From contig JAHPZJ010000026.1 in NCBI GenBank assembly GCA_019058245.1, positions 1,671 to 65,670 on the forward strand: a stretch of 64,000 nucleotides of DNA. The letters are read 5' to 3'. A program made the position numbers and the translations under genes. The notes beneath the pieces were generated by a model, which had not been told where the DNA came from, searched no databases, and saw nothing but the letters and a program-made list of their open reading frames with translations. This DNA is from Promethearchaeota archaeon (lineage in GTDB: Archaea; Asgardarchaeota; Lokiarchaeia; Sigyniarchaeales; SOKP01). Position 1 is the stretch's first letter. Every line of letters begins with the position of its first letter. Below, piece after piece: positions 59,899 through 64,000 of the stretch.

Positions 59899-60004
59899 AA
59901 AAAGATTGGATAATTTATAAAATCTATAGTTGAAAATTCTTCCCCCTACATTTCAAAGATATACCTTACCTTTACCTTAAAACCTAATAGTCTAAATTGA
60001 AAAT

Positions 60005-61021
60005 TTGGCGAAATTAATGAAGAAGTTATGTTTAGGTATTGAATCCACTGCTCACACCTTTTCAATAGGAATTATAGATTTTGAAGGAAATGTTTATAGT
60101 CTGATAAATGATATTTATGTCCCTGAAGAAGGTGGACTCCATCCTGGATTAGTTAGGGATCAACATTTAAACAATTTTATGAAAATAGTGAATAGAGCTT
60201 TGACAGAAGCTAAAATATCTATAAAAGACATTAATTTGATTGCATTCAGTCAAAGTCCTGGTTTAGGACCTGTTTTAAAAATTGGTGCTTGGGTTGCACG
60301 TATGTTAAGTCAATTAGTTAACATTGAAATCGTAGGAGTAAATCATTGTATTGCTCACATTGAAATTGGACGTTTAAAATGTAATATTAAAGATCCCCTT
60401 AGTTTATACGTATCAGGTGGGAATACTATAGTTAGTGCTTTTGAATCCGGAAGATATCAGATTTTTGGTGAAACTCTTGATTTAGCTATTGGCAATATGA
60501 TAGACTCTTTTGCTCGTGATGCAGGTCTAAACCATCCTGGTGGTCCAAAAATAGAAAAACTAGCATTGAATTCAAATAACTATATTCAATTACCTTATGT
60601 TGTAAAAGGTATGGATCTATCATTTTCTGGTCTTTATACTGCTGCAAAATATCTTCTCCAATCTGAAGACTATGGTATCAAATATAACTTAAATGACGTT
60701 GCCTATTCTTTGCAAGAAACTGCTTTTGGAATGTTAACTGAGGTTACTGAAAGAGCTTTGGCTCATACAGAAAAAAAAGAGGTACTTCTTACAGGAGGCG
60801 TAGCAGCAAATAAAAGGTTACAATCTATGATAAAATATATCAGTAAGGAGCATGATGCGAGGTTTGAGGTGGTACCTTTAAAATTTGCAGGAGATAATGG
60901 AGCAATGATTGGTTGGACAGGAATTTTGAGATATCAAGCAGAGGGAAGGCATGAAATCAATGAAACTTTTATCAAACCTAAGGAAAGAATGGATCATTTT
61001 ACAATTCCATGGAGGACTTAA
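60005..61021 (+). CDS. kae1: KEOPS t6A transferase Kae1
   Basis: LGIESTAHT, VNHCIAHIEIG, LYVSGGNT, GGVAANKRL, DNGAMI. Confidence 0.96.
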   Translation: MAKLMKKLCLGIESTAHTFSIGIIDFEGNVYSLINDIYVPEEGGLHPGLVRDQHLNNFMKIVNRALTEAKISIKDINLIAFSQSPGLGPVLKIGAWVARMLSQLVNIEIVGVNHCIAHIEIGRLKCNIKDPLSLYVSGGNTIVSAFESGRYQIFGETLDLAIGNMIDSFARDAGLNHPGGPKIEKLALNSNNYIQLPYVVKGMDLSFSGLYTAAKYLLQSEDYGIKYNLNDVAYSLQETAFGMLTEVTERALAHTEKKEVLLTGGVAANKRLQSMIKYISKEHDARFEVVPLKFAGDNGAMIGWTGILRYQAEGRHEINETFIKPKERMDHFTIPWRT

Positions 61022-61027
61022 AAGATA

Positions 61028-61702
61028 TTGAGTTCTGATATTAAAAAAGAAAAAGTCATTAAGAAAGGAGCTGAAGCAACTCTTTATTACGGGCATTGGT
61101 TTGGGAAAGAAGTAATATTTAAGTATAGAATTCCAAAGAATTATCGCATAAAAGAATTGGATAAGGCAATAAGAACGGAGAGAACATTAAACGAAGCCAG
61201 AGCATTAATAAAAGTAAAAACATATGGGATTAATGTACCTCAAGTTTTTGAGATTGATTTCGTTAATTCCACAATAGTTATGAAATATATTAAAGGTAAT
61301 AGATTAAAAGATATTTTATCAAATTTGGATGATAATATGAAAAAAAATTATTTTAATGATATTGGCAAAGCAATTGCAACTCTACATAGAAATGGTCATG
61401 TACATGGTGATATAACAACAAGTAATATAATAATATCTCCTGAAAATCAAATTTTTCTCATAGATTTTGGGTTGCATGAGTATTCAGATACAATAGAGGA
61501 TAAAAGTGTAGATTTACATCTCCTAAAAAGAGTTTTAATCTCGTCTCATGGCAAAAATTATAAATATTGCTTTAATGCCTTTCTTGAAGGATATAAGTTA
61601 GAATATGAAAAGATAAAGAATAAAGAATATGAAAAGATAATTAAAAACATTGATATTGTTGAATCTCGTGGAAGGTATATAAGACCAGAAGCTAGATTAT
61701 AA
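61028..61702 (+). CDS. bud32: KEOPS kinase/ATPase Bud32
   Basis: KGAEA, HGDITTSN, IDFGL, VDLHLL, RGRY. Confidence 0.96.
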   Translation: MSSDIKKEKVIKKGAEATLYYGHWFGKEVIFKYRIPKNYRIKELDKAIRTERTLNEARALIKVKTYGINVPQVFEIDFVNSTIVMKYIKGNRLKDILSNLDDNMKKNYFNDIGKAIATLHRNGHVHGDITTSNIIISPENQIFLIDFGLHEYSDTIEDKSVDLHLLKRVLISSHGKNYKYCFNAFLEGYKLEYEKIKNKEYEKIIKNIDIVESRGRYIRPEARL

Positions 61703-61820
61703 AAATTATCTATTATAGTTAATTTTATCTAAAAGAAGGAAAAATTCTTAAAATATTTTCAACTAGCCTATTAATTTAGGTTAGAAAGTGTTCATCAAAT
61801 TAAATAAATTAACTAAATAG

Positions 61821-61837
61821 TGTATATCTGATATACA
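61821..61837. promoter_or_regulatory. Perfect inverted repeat upstream of the RHH gene (candidate operator)
   Basis: tgtatatc-t-gatataca. Confidence 0.4.
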
Positions 61838-62008
61838 ATGCTTTAAATACTCTAACTCATACCAATTAAGTTTATATACATGCTTTACTTATATTATTAT
61901 ATTGGAAAGAGTAAATATGTAAAGGGTACGGAATATTTCTACATTCTAATTTATTTTTGCCATATAAAATAAGAGGATTTTAGAAAGAATATTCGTGGAG
62001 GTAATTAA

Positions 62009-62218
62009 ATGACAGACACAGAAAAATCAAGCAAAAAGAAGAAAATGGTTAACATTACCATTAATTTACCCGAGATTTATGATGAAAATATTAAGAAACT
62101 AATTGGTATGAAGATTTGTGCATCCCGTAGTGAGGCAATAAGGACCGCATTGCGTGATTTTCTTCACAATGAATATAAAAATCTTAAATTATTAGGATTC
62201 TTTAGAGAAACCTCCTAA
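62009..62218 (+). CDS. Ribbon-helix-helix (CopG/Arc/MetJ) protein
   Basis: MVNITINLP...SRSEAIRTALRDFL; ggaggt SD-like motif upstream. Confidence 0.92.
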   Translation: MTDTEKSSKKKKMVNITINLPEIYDENIKKLIGMKICASRSEAIRTALRDFLHNEYKNLKLLGFFRETS

Positions 62219-62312
62219 ATATTCAATCTTTCTATATTTACTCTTAGTTAAGATTTATAACACTAGTTTACTTACTAATTTATTATCCTTAAGAACTGCT
62301 AGGAGAATTCAA

Positions 62313-62900
62313 ATGCTATTATATCTCGTAACTGAATCTGGATCTTTAAGAAAAATTAATAAAGTAGATTTTAATGAAACTAAAGTTTTTCTAATTGATG
62401 ATATTAAAACTTTATATTTATGGTTCGGATTAAAAGCTTCTGAGAAAAAAAGAAAATTAAGTATCGAGAAAATAGAAAAGTTAAAAGTTCAGAAAAAAAA
62501 ATCTCCAGAACTTATAGTTTTAAATCAAAATGAAGAATATGGTTCCTTTTTAGCAATTATGGACATTTTAAAAAAAGGCTTGAAAACTGGTGAAACTATT
62601 GAAAAGAGACCAGAATTAAAAATTCGCTTTAAGGATACCCAGGAGCTCATAGAAGCGGGAATGGATCCAGATTTTGAAGGTGAAGTTACTATTGCAGCAC
62701 ATGATCTTGCTCAAGAAAACCATACTTATGAGGATTTGTGTAGAAAACTTGCGGAAATACAAATGAAGTTTATAAAAGAGAATGCTTCTGAAAAAGAAAT
62801 AAAGAAAAAAACAGAGGATATTTATAAATCCTCCTCAACTTACGAAGAACTTTGCTGGTTGATTGCTGAATTAAGTAATTTATTAGATAGAAAATCCTGA
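62313..62900 (+). CDS. Single gelsolin-like domain plus repeated helical domain (1DGelX-like)
   Basis: KVFLIDD...LYLWFGLKAS...QNEE gelsolin pattern; repeat TYEDLCRKLAE / TYEELCWLIAE. Confidence 0.75.
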   Translation: MLLYLVTESGSLRKINKVDFNETKVFLIDDIKTLYLWFGLKASEKKRKLSIEKIEKLKVQKKKSPELIVLNQNEEYGSFLAIMDILKKGLKTGETIEKRPELKIRFKDTQELIEAGMDPDFEGEVTIAAHDLAQENHTYEDLCRKLAEIQMKFIKENASEKEIKKKTEDIYKSSSTYEELCWLIAELSNLLDRKS

Positions 62901-63415
62901 TTTGAATTGACTGTTTTACATTTTATCGTAATTGATGTATCTTCTTTATAAAAATTGATATGTTTATTAAAAAGTTCATTAATAGCTTTTATATAAATTC
63001 CATTTCTCCCAACTGCTATATGATATATATTTAAATCCTTCAAGAAACAAATGATAATCTCATATTTTCCTTCTTTATTATTTATTTCTATTCCAATATC
63101 ATATATACACAAATCTGGAAATAGATTGAAAAGTAAATTTAATAAAATGTTATCAAACCTAATTATTGAGATTTTTTTTACAATTTTATGTCTTAAGGAG
63201 TTTAAATAGGTTCTTGCTTCAAAATAATTATCCTGTTTTACAAAAAGAAATATAAACTCATTATCTTCCACTTTTATGATAACTATATGTGAAGGCTCTA
63301 TTTTTGTCTTATCATAGAAATATTTGTATAAGTTGAGCTCATAATTAGAATATTTTATATTATCAAAAGTTAATACTTGATAGAGAATTAAATCATCGAG
63401 AATCGTGTAAAACAT
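62840..63415 (-). CDS. Divergent NusA-like KH-domain protein
   Basis: NLFPD...IAVGRNGIYIKAIN resembles the second KH domain of archaeal NusA. Confidence 0.6.
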   Translation of the reverse strand: MFYTILDDLILYQVLTFDNIKYSNYELNLYKYFYDKTKIEPSHIVIIKVEDNEFIFLFVKQDNYFEARTYLNSLRHKIVKKISIIRFDNILLNLLFNLFPDLCIYDIGIEINNKEGKYEIIICFLKDLNIYHIAVGRNGIYIKAINELFNKHINFYKEDTSITIKCKTVNSNQDFLSNKLLNSAINQQSSS

Positions 63416-63517
63416 ATAATAGTATTTTAGAATGTATTTTTAAAGTACGAGAAAATCCATAACAACAGCTTATTCAAAAAAAACTTAAATTTAAGTTTTA
63501 TATTATGATAAGTTCAT

Positions 63518-64000
63518 CTATTTAATCAAATTATAAAATTTAGCAAGTAAAAAAGCATTAATAGTTGAGCTATGTATAATATCACCATTATTGATCAATT
63601 TATGTATTTCTTCAATGGAGAATTCATATACTGAAATTATTTCATTTGGATCTATAGGTTTTGAATTCTTTTTTTCCACCTTAGCAAAATATAAGTAATT
63701 CCAAACAGTATTAAGAAAAGATATTCTTGTTTTTCCTAAAAAAGTAATGCTTTCAACCTTATATCCTGTTTCTTCTTCTGTTTCTCTTATTGCTGCTTCC
63801 TCAGGTTTCTCACCTTCATCGATCATACCACCAACAGTAGTTTTTGTTTTTAATTGCCAAGGATAAGGATAAGCATCCACAAGAATAATTTTACCATCAG
63901 CAGTTTGGCAAATAATTGTGACAAAATCCCTTCCTTCAATAACAACATATTCTACTTGCTGACCGTCTGGTCTTAAAACTAAATCATTTCTCAAACCAAT
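63518..64000 (-). CDS. NUDIX hydrolase (ADP-ribose pyrophosphatase-like), 5' end outside the window
   Basis: Nudix box GMIDEGEKPEEAAIRETEEETGY. Confidence 0.92.
   Translation of the reverse strand: MGLRNDLVLRPDGQQVEYVVIEGRDFVTIICQTADGKIILVDAYPYPWQLKTKTTVGGMIDEGEKPEEAAIRETEEETGYKVESITFLGKTRISFLNTVWNYLYFAKVEKKNSKPIDPNEIISVYEFSIEEIHKLINNGDIIHSSTINAFLLAKFYNLIK

Noticed and set aside
2948-61096. Short ORF-track entries antisense to or nested in long genes (e.g. 2948-3211, 3914-4132, 8702-8980, 19556-19808, 27669-28022, 46521-46787, 56786-57163, 60878-61096)
   Set aside because: Shadow ORFs of well-supported genes, with no motifs and composition typical of antisense frames
1-64000. CRISPR array, tRNA/rRNA, IS element, integrase, reverse transcriptase/DGR
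   Set aside because: No regularly spaced repeats, GC-rich structured RNA segments or mobility-protein motifs seen by eye. The two direct repeats are not adenine-specific variants, so they are not DGR TR/VR pairs. A tRNAscan/Infernal run would still be needed

Overview
A 64 kb, very AT-rich chromosomal segment, most consistent with an Asgard archaeon of the Lokiarchaeia type (inference from gene content). It carries archaeal core genes (aIF5B, CCA-adding enzyme, an EF-2 homolog, TFB, Taw1/TYW1, and the rpo7-spt4-dpck-rps24e-rps27ae-kae1-bud32 operon). It also carries eukaryotic-signature proteins (three Rab-like GTPases, an Arf-like GTPase, two Roadblock proteins, a gelsolin-domain protein) and bacterial-type uvrB/uvrA. 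I saw no rRNA, tRNA, CRISPR array, integrase or transposase by eye. Main observations: (1) two independent cargo genes are each bracketed by a diverged 190-235 bp duplicate of the end of a neighbouring housekeeping gene (uvrA promoter plus 5' end around a glycyl radical enzyme; URO-D-family 3' end around a membrane protein). Many differences are synonymous and each pair has a 24-27 bp identical core, suggesting recombination-based gene capture with no mobility gene. (2) A CoA-transferase-GNAT fusion lacking its catalytic glutamate sits head-to-head with acs. (3) Several degenerate 'pseudo-enzyme' versions of conserved families are present: a RadA paralog, an EF-2 paralog, and a GTPase-like domain on a 1088 aa alpha-solenoid. 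(4) Taw1 carries a wHTH-like insert. (5) A methyltransferase gene is interrupted by an in-frame TAG. All calls come from manual motif recognition; no searches were run.
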